Below, piece after piece: positions 39,626 to 51,596 of a DNA stretch of 64,000 nt. The stretch is taken from NCBI GenBank assembly GCA_964187785.1, contig OZ076421.1:7626001-7690000 (forward strand), read 5' to 3'. Position 1 is the first letter of the stretch; each line of letters starts with the position of its first letter. Position numbers and translations under genes: made by a program. Source of the DNA: Amphiscolops sp. MND2022 (taxonomy: Eukaryota). Under the pieces are notes generated by a model, which was given only the letters and a program-made list of their open reading frames with translations, ran no database searches and was not told the origin of the DNA.

Positions 39626-40144
39626 ACTTATCATTGAACCATTTTCCAATTAAAGTCAGTCAAAATGAGTTGGAACATAGGAGAGAATAGAAATCTTTGC
39701 CTTGGGTTGAGAACGAAATTGGGACTTCATCATGTAATGTTGTCTTCTTCAAAAGGTCCTAAAAACACTAATCTGCCAGTTGTTGAAATGCAAGTTACCT
39801 GAAGTTTAAAAAAGTGCTCCCGAAAAAGAAATATCATGTCTGAAATGGGATATATACAATGTAAGACGAAAAATTGGCTTGTCTTTCCAAACCGACACTG
39901 ATTCAATCGAAGTCACTGTGTATCGACACCGCAACAAACATTATTTGAAAGATGCAGACATTAAGCTAAGCCTAATAGAATAATAACACTTTCTGCAGAA
40001 AAAGATTTACATTCTGAGTTACCTGGAAACTTTCTCTAAAAAGTGTATCGTATTGGATGAAACAACAACTCATAATAGTTGATTTTGCTGTAACTGAGAA
40101 TAGACGTACGCTTTCTAGTCAGAGTTCTACACTTTTACTCGGCA

Positions 40145-40471
40145 TTGAAGTATTTAATCCTTTGTACAACAAATACGGTACAGAAAAACTTGTTTTTGAG
40201 TGTTTGTCACTTTTCGGACCCAAAAACTAGTATGCGGCAGTTGAATATTCTGTATCCTCACGGTGGACTTATTGGGTACAGAAATTCAAAGCTCGACACC
40301 TTGCTTCGTTTTTCGAAAGTATTCCGCCTACACGCAATTATACACGATGCAGCTGTTGCTGTTTATGCAGAGAACGGAAGCGCACCGGGACACTGTTACG
40401 TGATTGGGATTGGACGTGGACCTACTTCATGTTGTTTGGGCCACATCACGGGACTTTTTTACTGTTTGTAA
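40145..40471 (+). pseudogene. Accessory ORF with an HD dyad and Cys/Gly-rich tail (possibly PLA2-like)
   Basis: FRLHAIIHDAA...GPTSCCLGHITGL. Confidence 0.3.
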
Positions 40472-40703
40472 TTAAAAATATTTGTCCCTCCAATTTCAAT
40501 CAGTTTGATTGCTGACTTTGACCTGCACGTCTGACAACTCAGAGGGAGCTTTTTATACTTTTACATACGATGCAGTATTTGTAAATATAATTCCAACTAT
40601 TTGAAGTCTATCGTTATCTGGGAATCAAAACATTTCCGTAATTTTAATTTTTCGTTAAGATTTCTAGACTGACATTTTTCTTTTTTGCGTAATGAGAGAC
40701 GGA

Positions 40704-40962
40704 TGGCTGATCAAGTAGACAGTATCAACTTAGATAAAATTGTACCGGGCGAGAACAATTCAGAGCGAAGATCCTGGATATGTATTGGACATTCTTGTTC
40801 GAGATCACTGATAGTTTTTTGTCCCAGTTTTTTGTGATCCTCTTAGTCATTTTTGGTAGCTCCTTGAGAATACACTTAGCTACGTCCTGTTACGAGAAAA
40901 CAGTTTGGGTCGGAATTTTATGTAGCGCAGCAGGTATTATGGTTCCCACTCCTAGACTACGA
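40704..40962 (+). pseudogene. Small two-TM membrane protein, 1-nt frameshift
   Basis: MADQVDSINLDK...CSRSLIV joins FLSQFFVILLVIFG...VWVGILCSAAG..PTPRL across a T-run frameshift at ~40815. Confidence 0.55.
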
Positions 40963-41908
40963 ACAAACTCATATCCTCAAAAAACCGTGTTTTCATTTTC
41001 TTAGTAGACCCGGAGGAGTCGGAAAATCACAACTTATATACGAATGGTCGAAAAATGACATTTTCCAACCGAACTTTGACAGAATCATTTTCTTTTATCA
41101 ATATTTCCAACCGCTTTTCGAACAAATGCAGAAAAAAGTGGAAAATCTCAAATTCGTCAATGTGTGAACTTTGACTCCATTGACTCTTTGGAAAACAATG
41201 GAACGAAATATTTACTCATTTTTTATTACTCTTGTCAAGAAAATTGTGCATCCAGAGATTTTGAAAAAATTGCTGTTGCAGGAAGACATCCTGGATTAAG
41301 TACAATTTTTATAAAGCACAAATTGTTTCATAAAATTAAACTTGGTCGCGACATCGAGCTTCAAAACACACATTGTACTCTTCAATTCACCGAGAGATGT
41401 TATGCAAATTGGTCAGCTCAGTGTTCAATTAGGACTTGGCACCTCTCTGGTTGATTGGCATAAGATGCAACTTCTGTTTCCTTTGGTTTTTGCTTATCGA
41501 CTTGTCTCCTCAGACAGATGATCGTTTAAGATATTGTACAAACAGCGGAAAAAATCTTCAAAGTTTTACATACTACAACAATTACAACATATTAGATATT
41601 TGGACGAAGAGCACACAAAATTTCTCTATTCTCCAAGCATTCCAACACTTTTCCCACAAATGCAAAGTACAATTCCTTTAAAACTCGCCAAAAGGGTTCA
41701 TCCGATTCCTCAGCGAGAGTATCGTCAACCTGCTGCACGGAAACTAACAGGAGCTAAAAAAGGACAAGTGTTAAAATATCGAAAACAAATTCACGCACTT
41801 TCTCTGGTAAGAACAACTTGGAAAGAAAGGCGAAGGATTCTTTCAACTAAGAAAGGACTGTCGCTAATACATCAAATTTCCCCGTTCGTCGTTAATCACC
41901 TATCTTGA
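40959..41908 (+). pseudogene. A32/FtsK-like genome-packaging ATPase
   Basis: Walker A remnant (GVGKSQLIYEW), Walker B remnant KYLLIFYYS (DD lost), AGRH.GLSTIFIKH..F...KLGRDIELQNTH. Start ATG mutated to ACG; several frameshifts. Confidence 0.88.
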
Positions 41909-41909
41909 C

Positions 41910-42319
41910 ATGGAACAGTTTGTTTTTGTACCTGTTTCTATTTACAACAGTAAAATAAAACCATCAACTACTGTTACAAAATCAGAACTACATACCCAGG
42001 ATGAAAAAACTCCTGTGTACCAGGTCTACTCGTTGAAGAAAGATATCAGAAAAAAAATTTTCCTAAGGCTGATTCGTTGGTAGACAAACTTTTACCATCA
42101 CCTCGCATTAAATTAACAAACTCTATCTTTTTACTTTTAGATGGAAGGGACACTGGTGTTTCTTTGACAGATTTTGCGCAACGTTTGAGGCGCAAGAACG
42201 CTGAGGTTCCAGACATCTACTCTACGTTGCCTAATTCTGCGGATTTTACGCCAAGCTTAGTTTTGAATCAAAATGCCAAAGAAAAAGATAGAGGGAAGTG
42301 GGTCCCTTTCAAAATATGA
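41910..42319 (+). pseudogene. Conserved-position Polinton ORF between ATPase and integrase (hypothetical)
   Basis: MEQFVFVPVSIYN... then, after a frameshift, ADSLVDKLLPSPRIKL...GKWVPFKI. Its stop overlaps the probable integrase ATG (ATGA). Confidence 0.6.
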
Positions 42320-43208
42320 ACGACAGAAACTACAGAGTTTTTACAATAATGGCAGCGCAGCTTATGATTCTGTTAAAAATTTGGCGAAAACTAGCAAAAT
42401 TCCACTTTCAAAAGTTCGACATTTCCTGCATTCGAAGACGTCGTACACAAAACTTTCCAAACCCACTCGCAAGTTCCGAAGAATGAAAACCTTTGCCAGC
42501 TTCAGAAACGAAATATGGTGCATGGATTTGGCGTTTGTTGATAAGTTGGCGAGAGATAAGAATGGAGTTGAAGACTTGCTCGTACCACAAGACATGTTTG
42601 ACAGAACAATGGATGCACGAGGAATGAAGTCGAAGGATTCGAACGAAACTCTTAAAGCGTTTTCGAAAATGATTACAAAACGACACCGATCAAAAAATTT
42701 TGGGTGGACTGAGGAAGAGTTCGCTGGTGAATTCAAAAAATTTTGTGCTGGCGCGGGCATAGAAATATATTCCACTATGAGCGAGACAAAAGCTGCTTTT
42801 GCGGAGCGAACGATCAGATCACTCAAGAAGATTATGTCTAGATATATGGAAGATCATGGATATAAATATATTCACAAGTTACCCGAATTTGTTACTACCT
42901 CAATTTCGAGACTGATTCGCTCCGTTGGCATTGAACCAAAAAACGTTGAAAATTCTGATTTCATGTCTGTTCTTTACGGTCAACCCTTGAGAGAGTTCAA
43001 ACAACCCAGATTCACAATAGGTGACAAGGTTCGTATCTCAAAGATTGATTTGCTTTTCAGAAAAGGTTATAAGCCACAGTTTACAGACGAAGTATTTCAA
43101 AGTAATGCCATTGCTAGCAGAAAACCTCCAACATACACTGTAATGGATGAACAGGATCTAATCATACGCGGAAAGTTCTACGGAAAAGAACTAATGCTAG
43201 TCATTTGA
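42273..43208 (+). pseudogene. int: Retroviral-type (rve) DDE integrase
   Basis: WCMDLAFVD (D1), AERTIRSLK (E), and C-terminal F.IGDKVRISK...FRKGYKPQFT.EVF...GKFY..EL. The D2 motif WVD lies in another frame at ~42697, so the open ORF is probably catalytically broken. Confidence 0.92.
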
Positions 43209-43210
43209 GA

Positions 43211-44018
43211 ATGGATTCGTTTACAATGGAGTTAGTTTCAAACGCTTCGTCAGAACTATTTCCTAACATTACTTTGAGCTCTTTCACGAATTTTTTTCCA
43301 GAGCATGTTAATTTGGATGGTCAATGGGATGTAGCAATATCCGAGATCTCATACCCATCAATGTACCAGAATGTTACCGAAGGAAAATTTCAGTTTTACG
43401 ATGAAACATTTTCAAAAACAAAAGACTTCTCTTATCTTGAACCAGGGCTGTACCCTTCCTTTACAGATATTGTCCAAGCGATGAATTCGCTAAGTCAAGA
43501 CCGAAACAATCATAACGAGACATGCATCAGAGTGAAGGTGTGTCGTAGGACACAACAAATTGATGTTTCCCTTGTGAATGAGGAATCTAGTTTGGTGATT
43601 AGTAGCCTCGACTTGGGACATATCTTTGGAGGTGATGTTCGCAACGACATGGGAATTTTAATGCGTGGAAAAGGACCTCACACCCCAATGTTTGCATACG
43701 ATTTTGTTCGAATTCATTCGCTTATGATATACACCGACATTGTTGAATACAATAATATTGGAGATACATACAAAAGCTCCCCTGTTGCGTTGTGTTCCTT
43801 TCATATCGAAACTGAAGTCTGACGATACCATCACTACGGGACAATACATGAACTATCAGTCGTTCAGTAATCTACAATTCCTTAGACTGTTGAAAAATTC
43901 GATCCTTAGTGTACAAATTGACTTGAGAGATACTTCTGGGGAAAAGTTCCTTTTTGTTACTGTTGGAATTAATCGACTAGTTCTCATGTTTAGAAAAGTG
44001 TCTGACATTCATTTGTAA
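43211..44018 (+). pseudogene. Minor capsid protein (penton-like, single jelly-roll)
   Basis: MDSFTMELVSNAS.ELFPN.TLSSFTNF.PE.VNLDGQW.VAISEISYPS...HSLMIYTDIVEY...KAPLLRCVPFISK; frameshift at ~43770. Confidence 0.82.
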
Positions 44019-44024
44019 CGAAAA

Positions 44025-44378
44025 CAGTTGTGTCACGAGAAGTAGAACTTCTTTATTATAGCGGAGTGGGTAGACAACGAGGACGAGGGTTTGGAGCTCT
44101 TGCTCAAGTAATTGGGAGAATTGCAATTCCTTCCTTAGAAAATACATTCTCGAGGCTGCTAGATGTATCGGCGCTGACATGTTAGAGTTTGCAGTACCTG
44201 AGATCGCGGATGTTGTCAGTGGTAAGAAAAACATCAAATCAGCTGTAGGTCGACAAACATTGAAAAACAACTAGGTGGTGGTGCTAGAAAACGTTCCGCC
44301 AGCAGAGTCATTCCACCAAAATCTAGTAGACGAAGCAGTCGGTCACGCATAGGCATTTTTACTAACATTGCTATTTGA
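44025..44378 (+). pseudogene. Basic core/cement protein precursor with GxG/GG protease-site-like motifs
   Basis: YSGVGRQRGRGFGALAQVIGRIAIPF...EFAVPEIADVVSGKKNIK...LGGGARKRS...; frameshifted; lies between minor and major capsid genes. Confidence 0.6.
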
Positions 44379-44380
44379 TC

Positions 44381-45720
44381 ATGAATTCCCAAAGTTTTCG
44401 GTATCAAACTTTTGTAGCTGTGTCTAGTAATCTTGGAGGTAAAGTCCCAGTTGTAGATGATGTTTTATTGTCTCATGAACAACAAATTTACCTCACTACG
44501 TCACTTGATGAAAATAGCATTTAGTTTGAGTTTCAAACTGACCGCAATTATTACGTTGATTTGAGCCAATCCTACCTCTCAAACTCAAACTGGTGAAACG
44601 ACGCGGGTATGAGACTTACAAAGGCAAAGAAGCTAAAAAAGAACACAAAGTTGACGATGCGGCTACAGAATGTACTGATAATGATACTACCGATGATGAA
44701 GACACACATCCCTTTATTAGTCATTATGCATTCTCATTCCGTTTCTTCCAATGTTGAGGTTTATATCAACAACCAACAAATATACAATTCCAATGGTCTC
44801 TGCGCTCACAAATCCTATATTTCAAACAAATTCAAAGGAGCGATATCTGAATACAAAGGTGATTTTCATTGCGAAGGTTATGACTTGAAGATAATCCCGA
44901 TGAATGCCAAGAAACACCGATATCTGAACAGTTTTTCACAAGAAGAATGAAATTGTTTATCCGACCGGATGGATTCATGTTGTACGTTAAGCTGGGATTG
45001 ATTTTTCTCAACTTCGGAAATGTTGTACTCAAACATGAAAGTTAGAAAAAGATTAATTAGACCTCGACCGAACTTCTATATGATTAGTGACAACCCTAAT
45101 GTAAGTCTTGGAAATGTAGACTGTTCTCTTTTTACTCGTCGTACCGCTCTAAAAGATGATTATCTCACAAAAATTGACTTGCTTACGCGCCCGTGGAGTA
45201 TAATTACATGGAAACTTTAGCAGCGACATTCATTATACCAGCCAGGCAAAATCAGAGCATTCAAGAAAACATTTTTAACATTGCACCTATCCGGCGAATC
45301 GCTATAGCAATGAATACCAACTCGGCATTTACCGGATCTTTCACTGAGAACCCATTTTGGTATCAACTGTTCGACTTGAGACAAATTAGAATACTGAGAG
45401 GAGGGCGACCAATTGTAGTTTATGACACGTCGGATAATTGTCGACTATACGTTACTACAATGAAAGCAATGAATTTTCAAGACGACATACCGTCTATCCC
45501 GATTAATAATTTCAAAGACCATTACGTGCTGGTATTCGCTTTAACTTCAATGCAAGATGCAACTGAACACTGTCACTACCCTGAACTGGTTGGAGAACCG
45601 TTGAGACTTGAGCTGAATTTCACATTTGCACTTGAGCACGTTACAGAAGTAATTGTATTGGGAAAACGAATGTCATCAGTAGCAGTTGACATATTTGGTG
45701 TTGTTGGAAGCAATATATAA
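44381..45720 (+). pseudogene. Major capsid protein (double jelly-roll, hexon-like)
   Basis: FEFQTDRNYYVDL, HS..SNVEVYINNQQIYNSNGL.AHKSYISN, ETLA.TFIIPARQNQ.IQENIFN.APIRRIAIAMNTNSAFTGSF.ENPFWYQ; multiple stops and frameshifts. Confidence 0.88.
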
Positions 45721-45721
45721 A

Positions 45722-46110
45722 ATGGATAACGCTGCACTTCGACAAATTATTGATCGCATTCCACTCCTCAAGTATTGGTACTTTGGTTCCTATCCGTGTG
45801 ATCTAGTTCCAACTTTACCCAATAATACATTTGCAATTGTCAACACACAACCAGTGAGATTGAGGGAAGGGGAGCATTGGATTATGATTGCAAAGTTTCA
45901 CAATCAACTTTTTTTCGCCGATTCCCTAGGTCGGCAAAACTACAGTTTCTTGGGGAAGCACTACCAGCAGCTCATTCCAGAGCTGTTACAGGTGCATCTG
46001 AGTGTCTGCGGATTCTATACAATTTACGCAGCTGTTCATCTCTTCAAGTTCGGACACAGAAATTACTGGGGTTCATGATGTTAATGTACTCTCATTTATA
46101 AGTAATATCA
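45722..46110 (+). pseudogene. Adenain-like cysteine protease
   Basis: GSYPCD, GEHW, FFADSLG, Q....VCG catalytic motifs present; C-terminal frameshift at ~46055. Confidence 0.88.
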
Positions 46111-46195
46111 TGTGGTTTCCCACATTTTCTACTGTAATGTGCTCTTTATAGGATGTAATTGTTTCTATTCGTACTCTATAATTTACTTTTTGATA

Positions 46196-46407
46196 TTTCA
46201 ATACAATCTTTTTGACACAGCAGTAGTCGCATTAAGATACCCGCACCCGTAATAACTTAGCCGCACCCGCTATAATTAGCCGCCCGCACTCCGGGCCCCT
46301 AGATTCAAACGACGAACTAGCTAAACAAGGGGTGACGACCGTTCTCGGCTCTCGGAGATATAACCAATCTTAAACCCCCCGGCTGTTTTGCTCGCCTATA
46401 TACTACT
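46196..46407 (-). repeat. Right TIR (212 bp)
   Basis: Reverse complement of the left TIR with one copy of the 19-bp unit and a short deletion near the terminus. Confidence 0.93.
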
Positions 46408-46842
46408 CTTGCGCGACAACTGACAACTTCGATAGTGAATTGAGATCATCGCAAAGCGCTACATGAGGCCAATTTTATGCTAATGCATTTTGGTCGTATT
46501 TGACAGAATACGTGCCATTGTTGAAACGTCGTGGTAAATGAGCTGCTGACAATCAGTAAGTTTCTAATATGCTTGTGCGTTTTCGAAACCTGCAGGGTGT
46601 TGGCAGTTCCCTGTTTTAGTTTCCTCTTCTTGCTGAAACAGAACTCCTAGCCAGTATCAGACAGTGGAATAAGCCGGTGAATTCCTGGTTTGTCGAGAGA
46701 TCACTCAGCGTGCAACCCACCTAGCAATACCCATCAAGTTGAGTCATGGGAACTCTAAACGAGTTTTGCTGTCAATTATCGGTAACCGTCACCTGGCGAA
46801 TGAAACGTTGAGCACCGTTTTCTGCCTGTTCTTGTTGATACT

Positions 46843-47080
46843 AAAGCCTGCTCGCTAACACCAATAAGTTCAGACACTACTGACACTAATGCACTCACAT
46901 CAAACCATTTCCTTCACGGCAGATCTAAGTTCTAATGTCTTGTGCGACAAATTCGATGTTGAATTTCGATCACCGCAAAGCGCTACATTAGACCAGTCTC
47001 ATGGAAATGCAATTTGGCCGTATTTGAAAAAATACGTGCGATTGTTGAACCGTCGTGGCAAGTCGGCAGCTGACAACAGT
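46843..47080 (+). repeat. Uninterrupted paralog of the Polinton target sequence
   Basis: ctaaagcc...gttcagacactactgacact...atgtcttgtgcgacaa...cgcaaagcgctaca...gctgacaa matches 26281-26385 joined to 46408-46555. Confidence 0.85.
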
Positions 47081-47352
47081 ATGTCTTTGTTACCGGGGCA
47101 TTTTAGTTTGCACAGTTGAATTATCCGACATTCCGTTCGCAAAAGTGGAATCAATAAAATGTCCCGATGGCTTCGCGCGATTTCGTAATCCGATTTCGAG
47201 ATAGCAAACCAAACGAGACCATTAGTGAACTTTGTGCCTTCATTTGTGCTACAACTTCCGAGGTGGAGCATGTTTACTATACTGATAGTCAACAATCAAA
47301 ACGAAACGTACCATTGGTGCAAAAAGATCATCCACTGTCAAGCCACGAATAA

Positions 47353-47748
47353 ATGGCGTGGCTCTATGGTCCCAGCATGGAGCGCGATCGGACGGTTGTC
47401 GAATGCTTGTGATTCGATTTTTGTTAAAACATTGTTTTATAACGTACTATTGTAAACTGTTTTGACGCTTTGTTTTCAATCACTTATCCCTTAAGTTGTT
47501 TTTCATTTTGGTTGTTTGCAAATATTATGCAAAAAATCATGGGCAATAGCATGTTATCCGTTGTGCAGATTATGTTTCGACAGCATGCATACGCAAATCT
47601 ATCCTAAAGGCTTTGTGTTCATCTGTATTCCGCTAACTTGATTAATTTATGATCAAAATTCAACTATGAAGATAGCTTTCTACGATATTTTTCGACAACC
47701 CGACATCTGAGCTGACAATTTTATTCAGCAAATGAGCGACCAAAAAGA
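47353..47748 (+). mobile_element. tRNA-head SINE-like repeat
   Basis: atggcgtggctctatgg...ggttgtcgaat head and body homologous to 21791-22195. Confidence 0.5.
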
Positions 47749-48649
47749 CCTTTCGTTTTCCCAGCATAGCTGTGGAAGGGTCAAAAATCAAACCCCTGTT
47801 CTGTACTACACCCAGAAGGCGCTATCTGGAATCGCATCAATTAAGCCTACACTTCAGACCGGAACGCATCATCTGTGAAATTGAAACTATCAGAAACAGA
47901 GAGAATTTCTATCAATGAAAAACAATTATCAAATTTCGATAAAGGCTCTTTGAAAAGCAACGATCGAAAACTAGTCGAATGTTTGGAAACTGTTTACCCC
48001 AACTTCGTGCTCTTTTTGTTTCGTTCTGTCTCTTTCGGGTATTTTTGACACTGAGAATAATCAAAGTTTCTCAATAATTGTCCTCGATCAAATATTGCAG
48101 ACTTTGTTGTTCGAAGTGGCGACTCATCCTTCCGGATAATCGTAAGTTGGAGAAATTTACCAGGTTCCAGATTTATACTTCAAGATTTAAGTACTTTCAC
48201 ATAATTCAGCGATGAGAAGATTCGTAGCATATGCTTTTGTAGAGTTATTAAAAGCTTTTGAAAAAAAGCTAGTTTGAAAAATGCCAAAATGTCGCTGAAA
48301 GTTCCAAAAGTGTCAAAACTTTCCAATTCATGTTCATTTGTACACGTTTTGAATGAATTTGTTGAGATGGATGTTCACAGAGTTCAGCGACAAAACATGT
48401 ACTTGCTTGGTAGATTATTCAAAGCAGGACGCAAGAAATTTTCGAGAGTTTTCGTTGGCATAAGTTCATTGGCGAAAATCGAGCCGCCTCAAAACTATGT
48501 AGATGCCAAAGTAATTCAAGGTGGAAAAGATCCACTCAACGGGTGCCTTATCCTTATTACGATTCCAGACTGGCTACTCGAATTGAAAACTAAACCAGAG
48601 CCGCATATGCGGTAAAGGAGTCGGCTTAAGTCTTTTTCCTTCTGACTCG

Positions 48650-49560
48650 CTTTGGTTCGAATCGTATGAACAGTTTGTGAGAAAATCGAAAAATGACTGT
48701 TTTTTTGGCCATTTTTGGGCTAAATTTGGCTATGTTTCTCACATCCCAGCCATACGAATTTAATGAAATTGCACATATAGGACTCTAATATGGTGTAGAA
48801 TAACTGTAGAAAATTTCGTTCGAATCGTATGGACAGTTTTTGAGAAAATCGAAAAAAGTCGAAAAATGGCTGTTTTTTGGCCATTTTTGGGCTAAATTTG
48901 GCTATGTTTCTCACATCCCAGCCATACGAATTTAATGAAATTGCACATATAGGACTCTAATATGGTGTAGAATAACTGTAGAAAATTTCGTTCGAATCGT
49001 ATGGACAGTTTTTAAGAAAATCGAAAAAAGTCAAAAAATGGCTGTTTTTTGGCCATTTTTGGGCTAATTTTGGCTATGTTTCTCACATCCAGGCCATACG
49101 ATTTTGATGCCATTGCACATATAGGACTCTAATATGGTGTAGAATAACTGTAGAAAATTTCGTTCGAATCGTATGGACAGTTTTTGAGAAAATCGAAAAA
49201 AGTCGAAAAATGGCTGTTTTTTGGCCATTTTTGGGCTAATTTTGGCTATGTTTCTCACATCCAGGCCATACGATTTTGATGCCATTGCACATATAGGACT
49301 CTAATATGGTGTAGAATAACTGTAGAAAATTTCGTTCGAATCGTATGGACAGTTTTTGAGAAAATCGAAAAAAGTCGAAAAATGGCTGTTTTTTGGCCAT
49401 TTTTGGGCTAATTTTGGCTATGTTTCTCACATCCAGGCCATACGATTTTGATGCCTTTGCACACGCAGGGGCCCCTTTGGGTGTAGAATGACTGTGCAAA
49501 ATTTCGTGAAAATCGTATGGACAGTTTTTGAGAAATTTGAAATTTTCATGAAAAGGTCGG
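48650..49560. repeat. 172-bp satellite, ~5 copies
   Basis: cgaatcgtat recurs at 48658, 48821, 48993, 49165, 49337, with a degenerate copy at ~49509. Confidence 0.95.
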
Positions 49561-50860
49561 GAGAAAAAAAAACAGCACGATTGCATAAGTAGTCGAAAAT
49601 TTTTTCCGACTCCTAAAAATAGCCGCCGATCAAATGAAGGAATCGTTCGTTTGTAAGTTTATGAAACGCAAAAGTTGCAATAGTAAAAATAGGTTTTTGA
49701 ACAGTGAATTATAAAATTTATGTACAACTGAACAAATAAGTAGCAAAAATATACACTGCAACGCCTGATGATGAATGGACATACTTAGTTGTTTATATAC
49801 AGGGCAGGAGGAGGAACAACTACTAATTTAATATATACATACATTCTTTAACGTAATTAAAAGACACATGAAGGATTGCATGGAACAACATGCATGATTT
49901 TGACATGTTTCATACTTCTTCGCTGAAGAAGCACAGGAAGCAGAAAAAAAGTTCTGAGCAAAGTTTGTGAATACAAACAGAACAAAGTGTAATAAAAACG
50001 ACCACAGGTAATGATAAGTTCTGCACAAAAATAACTGAGCTGTGAACATCAAATCAAATTTAGCACGAATGAGATTCTTCTCGAGTTGATCTGTCGAACA
50101 AAAGAAACGAAAATATTGTGGTGATCTGGCGAGAAAATGTTTCCCCTAATGCTAAGGCTGAGTTCTTAAGAAAAACTACATAGACTCAAGAAAACCGACA
50201 AGAATTCCGAAAGGAGTTCTGAAAATTAGCAGAAATGAACTGACATTACATCCAAGAGAAATTCCCGTGACAAAAACTTTCTCTTCTTCAATGAAGATTG
50301 AGTTTATGAAATTGCGTAATCATAACTAGATAAGGTCACAAATGAGAATGACCGTTCGAAAGAACAACTCACACACAGGAAGTTACTGACGGTGAACAGA
50401 TTTCAAGTGTGTACACTTCTGATTAACCTCGAAGCCTCGAACGATAAACCACACAAACTTTCGAGCACAAACGAAATCGTACTTGAGGTTTAAAGACAAA
50501 ACAGAATCCTAGTATCCACTTCTGATCACAAAAACTTCGCTGGCGACTGGAAAACGTTGTCTAAATAGCTAAATAACTAAAAGAACCCGATTACTACAAT
50601 CATAACACTTTTGAAAGCTGTGCCGCCAATAGAACGCGGCGGCGGTTTCAAATCCCGTTGACGGCTAAAAACATTTCAAGCTTTTATTATTTGAGACGTA
50701 TCGTTTCATTTCGACACCAAATTAACCCCATAAATTTTTGCAGCATTGATATTCCCTAAAAACAGTCTTTGCGCAATTTAAAAAACTTTGCGCCAATTTG
50801 GGCTGTTGCCAGCTTGTTGGTATGAAACCATTGTGCTCCTCAGTTTATGTGGCTGCGTAG

Positions 50861-51209
50861 CAGAGTTCTGACACCGCTAATGAGAGAATTAGAAGCCGCG
50901 GATTTTTTTTCAGTCATTTCATCAGCCATTCAAACTAGCGGTAACTAGTAGAATGTCTGAATTCAAAATTTCCTCTGAGTATGCTCGGAGTTTCAAAATG
51001 AATCTGTAAAACCCCCACAGTATAAAAATCCAGTGTTTTTATATCCAGTTTCATCCAGTTTGCAAAACCAAATTAGGTTATCACTCAGTTTTGAAAGATA
51101 CTTGAGGTCAAGCATTATCATTTTGCTGAGAAACTTTTTCAGGGAAACAGCGATTTTAAATAGCGGCGGTTCAGCGATTATCGAAGAAATTAGCGATGTG
51201 AAAACCCTG
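50861..51209. mobile_element. hAT-type MITE (diverged copy)
   Basis: CAGAGTTCTGACACCGCTAAT ... ATTAGCGATGTGAAAACCCTG; 8-bp flanks ctgcgtag/gtgtgtag. Confidence 0.6.
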
Positions 51210-51596
51210 GTGTGTAGATGATTACGTACCAAATCACATAAGAGCAAATAACATGAAATACGAAATTATTCCCATTTAACATAAAATGAAACAAGTTTCA
51301 TATAACAAAAATAAAACCGAATACCCGGTTAAACAATTGAACTCACGAAATTTCATTTGTGATTGTCATACTTTTTCAGCGAATCTTTTGAATTGTGAAT
51401 GCTTTTGACGACTAAAATTGTCTCGTAAACAATTTTGTTTTCATGTTTAGTGAAACTCATGTTATTTAAAACTAATTTAGTTTTTATGTTATTTGCTCTT
51501 ATGTTATCTGAGAATCAACGTGTAGAGCATTGGCAGCAGCAGCACTGCCGGTTGATGAACTGGGTGGTGTGCGGTGGTAGGAGTTAGAAGTAACAG

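Larger units (their letters stand above)
26386..46407. mobile_element. Full-length, decayed Polinton/Maverick (endogenous adintovirus-like element), 20,022 bp
   Basis: TIRs start AGTAGTATATAGGCGAGCAA at both ends. TSD cttgca/cttgcg. Full core gene set present: pPolB, ATPase, rve integrase, minor and major capsid, cysteine protease. Confidence 0.96.

Noticed and set aside
48720-49586. Repeated ORFs MRNIAKFSPKMAKKQPFF...
   Set aside because: Translation products of the 172-bp satellite.
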